DNA of 64,000 bases from Macrostomum lignano (Eukaryota). The position numbers were made by a program, and so were the translations under genes. The notes below the pieces were generated by a model, which was given only the letters and a program-made list of their open reading frames with translations, was not told the origin of the DNA and did not search any database. Positions 50,778 through 62,700 of this stretch are shown here, one piece after another. The stretch is from assembly GCA_002269645.1 (NCBI GenBank), contig NIVC01000909.1, forward strand, positions 304,258 through 368,257, read 5' to 3'. Each line of letters begins with the position of its first letter. Positions within the stretch are counted from its first letter, which is position 1.

Positions 50778-51782
50778 ATGCCTAATCAGTCGTCTGCAAA
50801 AATTGAGCACGACTTTCTGAGAGCCAGTCCCAAACGGTTGGCTGTGTGCACCTGTACAAGAGGCTTCGCTGTCAACTCGTCCAACCGAGTGGTCAGAGCC
50901 TCTGACGCCGACAGCACTCAACAATATTTATCGCCGCTGACCCAGCCGTGCGTCCTGATGTCATTCGACCCGAGCATCTTTAACTACCTGCTTGTGTCGC
51001 CTCTGGATGGCTCGGCAGGTCCGTTCCAGCTTCACTGCGACTCCATCGACTGGGACAAGGAGGTGACAGGTCTGCACTGGGACTCGCAGCTGCAGCAGGT
51101 GATCGTGGCTCAGCCCGATCGGATCACGGCGATGGACCTCAGCGGCGGAGTGTCGCTGCAGCTCGGCGCCGACCGTCTCGGACTGCGCGAAGGCGCCGAC
51201 TCTTTGAACATCTGCGGCGTAGCTGGAAACAACGACAGCATTTTGCTGCTGGACCGGAGCGGACCCCGACTGCTGGTGCTGAGCAAGCGGCGACCGATAT
51301 GGAGCATCGTCAACTTGAGCTCTGAGCCGCTACTCGCCAATGCCGACCTTGGAAGCATCGCCGCGTCCGGTAAGAGCATCTTCGTCGGGGACAACTCAAC
51401 TGGTCGCATCTTCAAGCTGTGCATCGAAACGGGGCGTGTTACGGTACACTCAGAAGTAGTATTAGGCTCGCCGCGGCTCTGCCAGATTGCGGCCGATAGC
51501 AGAGGTCACGTGGTTGTTAGCGGATTCACCAGCAACTCGATTGCTGTCCTTAACACAGATGGCAAAGTGCTGCAGACTCTAGCGGAGGTTCGAGGCAATC
51601 CGCTTCGTTTGCCGTCTGGCGTCGCCGTTCTGGAGTCAGGCGGAAGCTTCACCCTGCTGCTGGCCGAATATGGCAGAATGAGGTTGCTGGTGCTGCCTCT
51701 GACCTCATCCTACCTTGATCTGAGCTACCGTACGGAGCACATCTCTGACTTGTGCCAACAGTTTTGCCGAGTACTAAGTTGA
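50778..51782 (+). CDS. Intronless NHL-repeat/beta-propeller-like protein, copy B (334 aa)
   Basis: Near-identical to copy A from ASPKRL to VLSK; C-terminal half diverged but alignable (QIAADSRGHVVVSGFTSNSIAVLN, LPSGVAV, LLLAEYGR). Confidence 0.7.
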   Translation: MPNQSSAKIEHDFLRASPKRLAVCTCTRGFAVNSSNRVVRASDADSTQQYLSPLTQPCVLMSFDPSIFNYLLVSPLDGSAGPFQLHCDSIDWDKEVTGLHWDSQLQQVIVAQPDRITAMDLSGGVSLQLGADRLGLREGADSLNICGVAGNNDSILLLDRSGPRLLVLSKRRPIWSIVNLSSEPLLANADLGSIAASGKSIFVGDNSTGRIFKLCIETGRVTVHSEVVLGSPRLCQIAADSRGHVVVSGFTSNSIAVLNTDGKVLQTLAEVRGNPLRLPSGVAVLESGGSFTLLLAEYGRMRLLVLPLTSSYLDLSYRTEHISDLCQQFCRVLS

Positions 51783-52759
51783 CTTTTTCCGAACGGAAGT
51801 CACTCGTAAACTAAATGTAACTGCAGAGGATTATTTATCATACATCTAAACGTGTAGCTTCATGACTTGTTCCCCTTAACAATATTCTTGTCTTGTCATG
51901 GTTGTATAAATTTCCAAGTAACGTAATAAAGCCATAATTTTCGGTAGTATATTTTTGTAATCAATACTTACACTAATGCGTTGTGTCTGATACCTGGTGA
52001 CAAAACCGACGTAGCACATTTCTGGAGTTAAAATACACTAATTAAATACTCGTACTTTATCCAGAATCAAAAAAACTGAAAATTTTTACTGTCGACTGTT
52101 TCACGGTACGGGTTTGAGGTTTTTGAGAGACAGGGTTGCGTCTGTGTAGTCGTATTGCTGCAGACGTCTATTGGCATAGATGATAGACCCAATTCCGCAC
52201 ACTTGAAATAACTTCACTTTAGTATTTAATGAGCACAGTTTGTACTTTAAGCAACCAAACGGAACTTCTCACAAGCTTGAAACTTCTTGCGGTTAAAGGA
52301 TCTTCTAATCCCTTCAGAAGGTCCCAAACGTTTTGTAAGCTTTATGATTATAAAGCTTCTAAACAATTGATGCATATTTAGTAGCTACTTATCTCACAAA
52401 AAATGTAATTTGACAAATGGCCATGGCTAAGTGTAAGAATATGACTAAGCTAGACTAAGGCTAAGACTAGAAAAGATGCATACCTATTCGCAAATGAATA
52501 TATGAAGCAACCGTAAGTCTGCAACTTGAATAGCCCTCTTGTGTTAGTATATACATAGGAAAATATTTCCTGCACCAGACAGACAATTGTGTTATAGAGT
52601 TCGCATGAAGGGCGTAAAATATATACGACTGAGACCATTAAAGCGCTATAGTTTCTAGATGGAGTTATGGTACACTGCATGAAAGTTACGGAAAATCTGA
52701 ATAACTCGGAAAATTTCTAATTGAATCAAATTGTTCGATATTGCTAAAACATTCTAACC

Positions 52760-53580
52760 CTCGATTGCCGTTCTCAACACAGATGGCAGAGTGCTGCAGA
52801 CTCTTGCGGAGATTCGAGGCAATCCGCTTCGTTTGCCGTCTGGCGTCGCCGTTCGGGAGTCAGACAGAGTCTTCACCCTGCTTGCTGCTGGCCGAATATG
52901 GCAGAATGAGGTTGCTTTTGCTGCCTCTGACCTCATCCTACCTTGATCTGAGCTACCGTACGGAGCACATCTCTGACTTATGCCAACAGTTTTGTCGAGT
53001 ACTATAAGTTGATTTTTTCGGAAGGGAAGTTACTCGTAAACTAAATGTAACTGGATTATTTATCATACATCTAAACTTGTAGCTTCATGACTTGTTCCCC
53101 CTTAACAATATTCTTGTCTCGGCATGGTAGCATAATTTTCCAAGTAAATAATGCCATACAATAACGCGTTGTGGATGATAACTGGTGACAAAGCCGTACC
53201 ACATTTCTGTAATTATAATACACAAATAGAAAATTTTATGCAGTAACATACGCTGACAAATTTGACTGTCCACTATTTTACGGTTCGGGTTTTGGGCTGT
53301 TTGGGAGATACAAGGCTTCTGAGTCTGTAATCATATTGCTGCAGACTTCTCTTTCGTCAGATTGTAATAGAATTGATTACGCACTTTGAAATAACTTCAC
53401 TTAATACGAGGCGTAGTATTTAATGAGCACAGTTTGTACTTTAAGCAAACAAATCTAGACACACAGAGAGTTTAATTTATCTGCTTAACATCTCACAAAC
53501 TTAAGGAACTTCTTGCGGCTGCAGGATCTTCTTAATCCTATCAGAAGGTCTTGATCGTTTTATGAGCTTATTGATTATGA
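52760..53580 (+). pseudogene. Partial duplicate of the copy B 3' end and 3' flank (copy C)
   Basis: Matches ~51537-52340, including ...RTEHISDLCQQFCRVL and the downstream flank; frameshifted near 52860; 5' part absent. Confidence 0.8.
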
Positions 53581-53594
53581 AGCTTTTTAGTAGC

Positions 53595-53932
53595 CAGGGG
53601 CGTCGCCATGGATTTTAAGGTGGGGGGGGGACAAAGTCAAGAATTCAACATGTACATGCATGTAATGTACATGACTAAATTCCTACATTTCCATTATTTT
53701 GAGAACCATGTTGTCAGCTCTCATTTTGGCGCCGCAGGCACTAATTTTGGCGCTGCAGCCACTCATTGTAGCGCCGTAGGCGCTATATTTTGGCACCCTA
53801 AAGAAAAATTTTGATTACCACAACGATTCACAAGGTGTTGGGGGGGGGGTACAAAGCATTGGCATATCCCCCCTATAGCTTTTTCTGGTCGGGACACGTC
53901 CTCCCTGCCCCCCCCCGGTGGCGACGCGCCTG
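53595..53932 (+). mobile_element. hAT-like MITE (338 bp)
   Basis: TIR caggggcgtcgcc ... ggcgacgcgcctg; 8-bp TSD ttagtagc / ttaggagc (one mismatch). Confidence 0.8.
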
Positions 53933-54780
53933 TTAGGAGCTATTTAGCTTAAAAATTTGCTCCAACCAATGGCCATGTCGAAGCTCAAGACTGTATCGCG
54001 ATTGCGTGGGTGTTAACGAAAAGGTTATAGTTATTCGTACGAGCGTACATTAGAACAAGTGAAAATGTACTGCCTCGGTAAAGGAAGCTAACTAAAGTTT
54101 TCTTTTTATTACGAGCGTTAACTTAAAATGTATTCAAAACGCTTCATCTCAAGACGGTCTGCAACGCAGCTCACTGTTGCAAGATCCAGTTTCTTGTATT
54201 TTTAGAGAATCGTCATAAATTCTCACTTGAACATTGCAGGCATTGCAAAATTCCAGGAAATTCTCTGCACAAGACACACATTGTACGCAAATGCATATTT
54301 GCCCTCCTGTGCCAGACTGGAGAGACAAATATTTCCTGCACCCAGGTAGACAATTGTGTTAAAGTTCGCAAGTGCGTAAATTAAATAAGATATTGCGATC
54401 ATTAATGCGCTCTAGTTTCTATACTGGACGAAGGTTATTGAAAATCGGACTACTCGGATTTTCCATAACCATCTAATAGAATTGCTATAAAACTGCTAAA
54501 GAGTTTGAACACTCGGATATTCACCAATTAGGGCACAAAATTTAGATTTTACGAGACAGACTTCTCGCCAGACCCAAGCGGTTTCTGTGTGCACCTGTAC
54601 AAGAGGCTTCGCTGTACCGTAAGCATCGTATTAAGTACCGTATTAGACAAACGCATTCAGATTCCGTAAATATCGCCTACATCTGCTGTTTGCGCTCAAT
54701 AACCCGCCGAAAATCTTTCGGTTAGCTATAAAGAACAAGCAGACTAACAGCGCCAAGAGCCTGATCAAAGCTATTTAGAC

Positions 54781-55479
54781 ATGCAGTTTATTGCTCATCT
54801 GAAGGCCAGTCCCAAACGGTTGGCTGTGTGCACCTGTACAAGAGGCTTCGCTGTCAACTCGTCCAACCGAGTGGTCAGAGCCTCTGACGCCGACAGCACT
54901 CAACAATATTTATCGCCGCTGACCCAGCCGTGCGTCCTGATGTCATTCGACCCGAGCATCTTCAACTACCTGCTGGTGTCGCCTCTGGATGGCTCAGCAG
55001 GTCCGTTCCAGCTTCACTGCGACTCCATCGATTGGGACAAGGAGGTGACAGGTCTGCACTGGGAATCGCAGCTGCAGCAGGTGATCGTGGCTCAGCCCGA
55101 CCGAATCACGGCGATGGACCTCAGCGGCGGAGTGTCGCTGCAGCTCGGCGCCGACCGTCTCGGACTGCACGAAGGCGCCGACTCTTTGAACATCTGCAGC
55201 GTAGCTGGAAACAACGACAGCATTTTGCTGCTGGACCGGAGCGGACCTCGACTGCTGGTGCTGAGCAAGCAGCTGTCTGCAGTGAGCATCGTCAACTTGA
55301 GCTCCGAGCCCAGCTATGACATTGCTGGTAGTGTTTCGCAGAATTTCTTACAGGATGCTGGAGGCAACCCACTTCAAAGGCCTTCTGGTGTTGCCCTGAT
55401 CGAGTTGGGTAATCAGGCTAATCTGATTCTGGCTGAGTATGACCGAAGGCGGTTGCTGTTCCTTGCTAACATTTTCTAA
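54781..55479 (+). CDS. NHL-repeat-like protein copy D (232 aa) with an in-frame internal deletion
   Basis: Near-identical to copy A up to VNLSSEP, then jumps to YDIAGSVSQN and ends in a third C-terminal type; the ~150 bp upstream is an inverted near-identical copy of the copy A upstream region. Confidence 0.65.
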   Translation: MQFIAHLKASPKRLAVCTCTRGFAVNSSNRVVRASDADSTQQYLSPLTQPCVLMSFDPSIFNYLLVSPLDGSAGPFQLHCDSIDWDKEVTGLHWESQLQQVIVAQPDRITAMDLSGGVSLQLGADRLGLHEGADSLNICSVAGNNDSILLLDRSGPRLLVLSKQLSAVSIVNLSSEPSYDIAGSVSQNFLQDAGGNPLQRPSGVALIELGNQANLILAEYDRRRLLFLANIF

Positions 55480-55916
55480 CTAAGGACATAAGTTCTGTGC
55501 TTTATGTACAGATAGTTTTGCGTTTGGTTTATAACTAGTGCGTCTTTCATTATTTCTGTAGCTACACGATTTACGCTCGTATTTATTCCGCCAACTTGTA
55601 CTACTTATACCAGTACCTGGTCTGAAAAGTAGTGCAAAATGTTTTTTCGTTCGGGCAAAAAAGCACTAGCTAAACAAATAAAAAATGACCATTTAATAAA
55701 TAAATTGTCAACTACTATATCGTTTATTTTTTAAAGTCATACAACACAAGCAAGTTTAATACGACTAACTATGACTACTTTCCATAAAATTAGAATCACA
55801 ATATTTTAAAATTACAAACTAGTTCGACAAGTTAACACGGTCTACACAGTTATAAAATCTCAAATGTTGTTAATTAGTCAAAATCCGCGTTACTTCTAAA
55901 TGTTGGAGCGGCGCAC

Positions 55917-56023
55917 TTTAAATCTCCAATATTGCGTTTCAGTCTGGTTTCCAGTGCGATAACAGCCCGCGACATCCGCACCAGGTGCTGAATCACGGGG
56001 TCCGAAGTCTTCGCCGCTGGCAA
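55917..56023 (-). other. Possible orphan exon of an unresolved gene
   Basis: Acceptor ttttctag, open frame LPAAKTSDPVIQHLVRMSRAVIALETRLKRNIGDL, weak donor gtgcgc; partner exons not identified. Confidence 0.25.
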
Positions 56024-56295
56024 CTAGAAAAAGGGAAAGTTAAAATTTTAATTTGCACCAAAAAAATTCACAATTCTTCCTCAATAAACAAAATCGTACA
56101 ATGAAAAAGACTAACAGAAAAAATGCGTTAGATGCTACTTGTTTTATTAATCAGTAGTGAAATTAGACAAATTCACGTCTATAAAGTGTTAGCCAATTAG
56201 TCAGGGTCAATTATATTTGTTACGATTTTAACGATTCAGTCACCACAACAAGAAAACACAGCGCATCTTCGTTTCAAACATGTTTTTCGATTAAA

Positions 56296-56389
56296 TGTCT
56301 GTCTGTCCGTCTGTCTGTCTGTTTGTCTCTGTCTGTCTGTCTCTCTGTCTTAGTGTCTTAATGTCTGTCTGTCTGTCTGTCTGTCTGTG

Positions 56390-56444
<55 letters not shown>

Positions 56445-56566
56445 CTCTCTGTCTTAGTGTCTTAATGTCCGTCTGTATGTCTGTCTGTCTGTCTGTCTGT
56501 CTCTCTGTCTATCTGTCTGTCATAGTGTCTGTCTGTCTGTCTATCTGTCTGTCTGTCTGTCTCTCC

Positions 56567-56652
<86 letters not shown>

Positions 56653-56797
56653 CTGTCTGTCTGTTTGTCTCTGTCTGTCTGTCTATCTGTCTTAGTGTCT
56701 TAATGTCCGTCTGTCTGTCTGTCCGTCTGTCTGCCTGTCTGTCTGTCTGTCTGTCTGTCCATCTGTCTGTCTGTCTGCCTGTCTGTCTGTCTGTCTG
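56296..56797 (+). repeat. (GTCT)n microsatellite with an internal block duplication
   Basis: The block ...gtcttagtgtcttaatgtc... occurs three times. Confidence 0.95.
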
Positions 56798-57197
56798 TGA
56801 CGTGTTCTATGTTATCCCGGGAGCATGTACACATAAAACAAATTTGTAAACAAATAAAATAAAAATAGATCAGAATGTACATAAGTAGCGTATCGAAACT
56901 ATCCAGCAAATATATAGGGGCATTAAGCACTTTCTCCTGACCATCGAGATGGATCAAAGTTCACTATAAAACTGCAACTAGATAGAATTAAGTTAAGAGA
57001 AGAAAGTTCTTAACGAAAAAACTAGGAAACGTATATAACAAGACTTGAAAAATAAAATATTAAAATTTAAAGTTACTAGACAATGTGGTTAAAATAGGTA
57101 AATTTATTATTAAAAGACAAAGAGACAAAGTGAAAGCAGACAGAGATTCAATTATAACATATGTAACAAGGCAATGATTTTCAATATTACTATTGTA

Positions 57198-58233
57198 CGA
57201 GGGGCGTCCGGAAAGTAGTGTTACTTTTGCTTGGTGTGGACGTATGGACAGTCACACTTGCATGCGCTTGGTGTCATTTGAAAGCGGCAAGTCTCTTCTT
57301 TAAAATGACACCAATTGCAAGAGATTTGGATCCGTGCTTCAAGAGATATGGACGATTAAGTAGAGAAAGGTCAGTCATAGACTTACAGAACCTCAAAAAT
57401 GTCAACAGAAAACTTTTACGAGTTTATCGATTTTTTTGTAATCATGGGCTGTCTATGGCCAAATGTGATGCAGTGAACGAGAGGGGCTGTCTCTGCTTTA
57501 CGAGACTTACGAGTTTTACGAGACTTGTAAAACTGCTTCTGCTGCGCCTGCAAAGTTTATTGAAATTCAATTTTCAATTATGAACTGCAAATGGATGTGC
57601 ATTCAAAGACTGGGCAGCGACATGCCATCTTTACACTTTGGAGCTCCGGAACCAAATCGGCTGACATCCACAGGCAACTTTGCACAGCTCATGGCGACCT
57701 TGTTCCCTGAGTTAAAGCGACAGCTTCGAGGGCGAGTTCACAACAGTCGTGATTACTTGGAGAGTGAGGTCAGGAGGATCTTGCTGCACCAGATCCCAAG
57801 AAATGTGTATGCAAACGCCATCGACAAGATGCGAGACCGATGGGAGAAGTGCATCATGTCTCATGGTGACTACGTTGAGAAGACAAGTCTGCCAACCGAT
57901 GAATGATTTTAATGTTGTTCGCTTGTGTGATAATTTGCTTGTTATCTGTTTCACCTGCTTCTGTACTGTACTGTTGTGTTTTTTGTTTTTTCTGGAGTAA
58001 TTACGCTCGTGATAAAAGTTTTCTGTTGACATTTTTGAGGTTCTGTAAGTCTATGACTGACCTTTCTCTACTTAATCGTCCGTATCTCTTGAAGCACAGA
58101 TTCAAATCTCTTGCAATTGGTGTCATTTTAAAGAAAAGACTTGCCGCTTTCAAATGACACCAAGCACATGCAAGTGTGACTGTCCATACGTCCACACCAA
58201 GCAAAAGTAACACTACTTTCCGGACGCCCCTCG
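57198..58233 (+). mobile_element. Internally deleted (non-autonomous) mariner element with ~220-bp inverted termini
   Basis: TA|cgaggggcgtccggaaagtagtg...cactactttccggacgcccctcg|TA. Internal LFPELKRQLRGRVHNSRDYLESEVRRIL...YANAIDKMRDRWEKCIMSHGDYVEK is the mariner C-terminus; the DD34D core is absent. Confidence 0.9.
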
Positions 58234-58599
58234 TAAAAACCGGTTTATCGTGGTAATGTTTTAATAATAGAAGTTACAATTCTAAAAAATCGCATTGAGC
58301 GTAGATAAAAACGTACAAAAACTGTATATTAGTAGTGGATAAATAAGTTGAAAGCTTAAAGAATATCCTATGGCCACAGCTTAGAAAGTGAGTGATAGAG
58401 GAATTCAGTGCATCGATTGAATATGCAACTTGGAAATATTGTTTTAAATGAACTGTTGAAAATTTTCCAGGACAAAAATAGGACGAATAATACGCCATGA
58501 GAATAAATGCTACAATGTTTTTCGACAATTTTAAGTTCTAGAGTGGCCTTTAGGTGTACATTGAGGGCAGAGGCTTAATTTGGTATGGGTTAGATCAGG

Positions 58600-59545
58600 A
58601 GAGTGTTCATTGGGGGCAGAGGCTACTGGGGTAGGGGTTTAGTTAGGAGAGAGAGTACATTGGGGGCAGAGGCTACTGGGGTAGGGATTTAGTTAGGAGA
58701 GAGAGTACATTGGGGGCAGAGGCTACTGGGGTAGGGGTTTAGTCAGGAGAGTGTACATTAGGGGCAGAGGCTACAGGGGTAGGTTTAGTTAGGAGAGAGA
58801 GTACATTGGGGGCAGAGGCTACTGGGGTAGGGGTTTAGTTAGGAGAGAGAACATTGGGGGCAGAGGCTACTGGGGTAGGGGTCTAGTTAGGAGAGTGTAC
58901 ATTGGGGGCAGAGGCTACTGGGGTAGGGGTTTGTTTGGGAGAGAGTACATTGGGGGCAGATGCTATTGGGGTAGGGGTTTCGTCAGGAGAGAGTACATTG
59001 GGGGCAGAGGCTACTGGGGTAGGGGTTTAGTTAGGAGAGTGTACATTGGGGGCAGAGGCTACTGGGGTAGGGGTTTAGTGAGGAGTGTACATTGGGGGCA
59101 GATGCTACTGGGGTAGGGGTTTGTTTGGGAGAGAGTACATTGGGGGCAGAGGCTACTGGGGTAGGGGTTTCGTCAGGAGAGAGTACATTGGGGGCAGAGG
59201 CTACTGGGGTAGGGGTTTGTTTGGGAGAGAGTACATTGGGGGCAGATGCTATTGGGGTAGGGGTTTCGTCAGGAGAGAGTACATTGGGGGCAGAGGCTAC
59301 TGGGGTAGGGGTTTCGTCGGGAGTGTACATTGGGGGCAGATGCTACTGGGGTAGGGGTTTGTTTGGGAGAGAGAGTAATTTGGGGGCAGGGGCTACTGTG
59401 GTAGGGGTTTCGTCGGGAGAGAGAGTACATTGGGGGCAGGGGCTACTGTGGTAGGGGTTTCGTCGGGAGAGAGAGTACATTGGGGGCAGATGCTACTGGG
59501 GTAGGGGTTTCGTCGGGAGAGAGAGGGCATTGGGGGCAGAGACTC
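58600..59545 (+). repeat. ~48-bp G-rich minisatellite just 3' of the LRCH-like stop
   Basis: Unit gagagtacattgggggcagaggctactggggtaggggtttcgtcagga. Confidence 0.9.
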
Positions 59546-59711
59546 TGACGGTACTGAGACGGAATGCACATACCTCATTTGATGCACATGTAGCATCGAC
59601 CACAATAGAGTACGCCAAAAAATCTAATAATAATGAGCTATGTTTTATGAACAAAATGAATATCAAGACCAATGTTCTGTTTCATGATATCGAGATATTT
59701 AAAACACGACA

Positions 59712-62700
59712 TCAGCAAGAAACAGTCCAGCTGTTATTTAGCAAGTAACCGCAGGTTAGAAGCCAGAAGATGAGCAAAGCAATTGCCAGCACTTTGTCTA
59801 GAAACTGTGGCGGTCCTCTGACACGACAGTCCCCTAGTTTTGCCAATAAGGACAAGTTAGCCTGAAAATGTGTTTTTTTACAAGTTAGGAATCGCATTAT
59901 TAACACAAACTACGGTTTAACACCGCACTGCAAGTAGACAATACGGTTAATTTAACTTATTAAAGTTAACAGTTAGCAGGTTAAGTTATGTAACTAAGCA
60001 AAAAACGCTGGGCCCAGAAAAAAATGTCGGTTACTACGAAATTTCTTTCAAGAAAGCAATCGCGAAACTTAATTCAACTACCTAATGTAAGACTTATCGC
60101 TTTCTTAGCAGAGTAGTATATTGCAACAGGATAGTCACCATAGCAACAGGATAGTTCCCATAGCAACAAGATAGTTGTTATAGCAACAGGATATTTCCCA
60201 TAGCAGCATGATAGTTCAATAGCAACAGGATGGTTCCCATAGCAACAGGATAGTGGCCATAGCAACAGGATATTTCCCCTAGCAGCATGATAGTTCCCAT
60301 AGCAACAGATAGTTCCCATAGCAGCAGGATAATTCCCATAGTAACATGATGGTGGCCATAGCTACAGGATATTTCCCCTAGCAGCATGATAGTTCCCATA
60401 GCAACAGGATAGTTGCCATAGCAACAGGATAGTTCCCACAGCAGCAGGATGGTTCCCATAGCAACAGGATGGTTCCCATAGCAACAGGATGGTTCCCATA
60501 GCAACAGGATAGTTTCCAGAGCTACAGGGTAGTTCCCATAGCAAAAGAACCGGCTCCATAGCAACAGGTAAGTTTCATGGCAATGTACGCTTCCAATTCT
60601 CACCTCGGACACTCCCAGCCGCTGGTACAAGTCCAACAGCCGGCCGTGACCACCAGGCGACACCAACGCTTCACCTTCTTGTCCGGCCAGTTCGGCCAAC
60701 TGTCCGAGTAGCTGTCCGTCAATCAAGCGTTCGGCCAGCCTGTCCGACCGATCAGGCAATCGAACTCCGAGCCGATGCTCCACAATGGCGCGCATGGCTG
60801 CCACGGCCGAGGCGTCGGCCGGGCCGAGCTGGTCGCCAGCGACCGGACTGTCCGACTGGTGCGCCGGGGCCGATGGCGCTGCTGGGGCGGAGGCTGGAAT
60901 TGAGGATGGTTTTTTAACATAACGTGATAGCCGAGTAGTTACCATAGCAATACGATCTTGCTGCCATAGCAACACAATAGCTACCCTAGCAACACAGTAG
61001 TTACCCTAGCAACAAAGTAGCTACCCTAGCAATGCATTAGCTATCCTAACAACGCAATAGCTACCCTAGCAGCACAATAGTTACCCTAGCAACCCAATAG
61101 CTACCCTAGCAACCCAATAGCTACCTTAGCAACCCAGTAGCTATCCTAGCAACCCAATAGCTATCCTAGCAACCCAATGGCTACCCTAGCAACCCAATAG
61201 CTACCCTAGCAACCCAATGGCTACCCTAGCAACCCAATAGCTACCCTAGCAACCCAATAGCTATCCTAGCAACTCAGTAGCCACCCTAGCAACTCAGTCA
61301 GCTACCCTAGCAACGTAGCAGCTACCCTAGCGACATAATAGCTACCCTAGCAACTCAATAGCTACCCTACGTAGAAACACAATAGTTACCCTAGCAACAC
61401 AGTAGCTACCCTAGCAACAATATCAACTCGTAGATACTCATAAAACAAATCCAACAATTTCAAATTGCAAAATCTCACCGCTCACTGAAGCGTCAACAGC
61501 GGTTGCATCGAGAATTACAATCGTTGCAGGCCGTCGCCTTGGCAACGTGGAACTACCGCCAAGCCGGCTAGATTGCTGTTCGAGACGTTGCATAACCGAA
61601 TTACTCGAACTGAATTGAAGAGCCGCAGCGCTAGCCGAGAGCTGAGTGGCGCTAGACGAACCCGACGAGACAGTAGAAATTCGCCGCTGCGTCAGCTGAG
61701 GCATCGACTGAAGAAATTGAATCGTTTTTTTGTACAACAAATTAAACAAAAAACGCCCCAACACTCTACTGATAGTAAAAATGCGAAAATTAAAAGGTGA
61801 AAAAAACATTGCGGGCTAAAAAACTAGCAAAAACATTCTAAACAAAACACTTTTGACTCATCAGAATGCATGCCGACAAACCAAATGGGTAAAAACTTCA
61901 TTTTCTAGTCGTTTTATTTATTCTTACACTAAAATATTCATGATTTGCCATGTTTACGGCGCAGTAAATCGTTAATTATTCATTTACCAAGTGCCAATGT
62001 GGAATGCGTTTGCATTCGCTTTTAATTTTTTCACTTCTTTTGTGGACTGCTTGTTTGAGAGAGCGAAAAAATCAGTGATTATAAAAAGGAATTAATTACT
62101 AAAGAGGATTTTTACATTAAAATAAACTTGCACAGTGAAAGATACACTCAAATCCCCAATATCTCAGATCCCACAGACACTCAAATCCCCAATAACTCAG
62201 ATCCCACAGACACTCAAATCCCCAATAACTCAGATCCCACAGACACTCAAATCCCCAATAACTCAGATCCCACAGACACTCAAATCCCCAATAACTCAGA
62301 TCACACAGATTCTCAAATCCCCAATAACTCAGATCCCACAGATTCTCAAATCCCCAATAACTCAGATCCCACAGACACTCAAATCCCCAATAACTCAGAT
62401 CCCACAGACACTCAAATCCCCAATAACTCAGATCCCACAGATTCTCAAATCCCCAATAACTCAGATCCCACAGACACTCAAATCCCCAATAAGTCAGATC
62501 CCACAGACACTCAAATCCCCAATAACTCAGATCCCACAGATTCTCAAATCCCCAATAACTCAGATCCCACAGATTCTCAAATTCCCAATAACTCAGATCC
62601 CACAGATTCTCAAATCCCCAATAACTCAGATCCCACAGACACTCAGATCCCACAGATTCTCAAATCCCCAATAACTCAGATCCCACAGACACTCAAATCC

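Noticed and set aside
48933-55319. Antisense and alternate-frame ORFs over the NHL-like genes
   Set aside because: GC-rich shadow frames, repeated only because the genes are duplicated.
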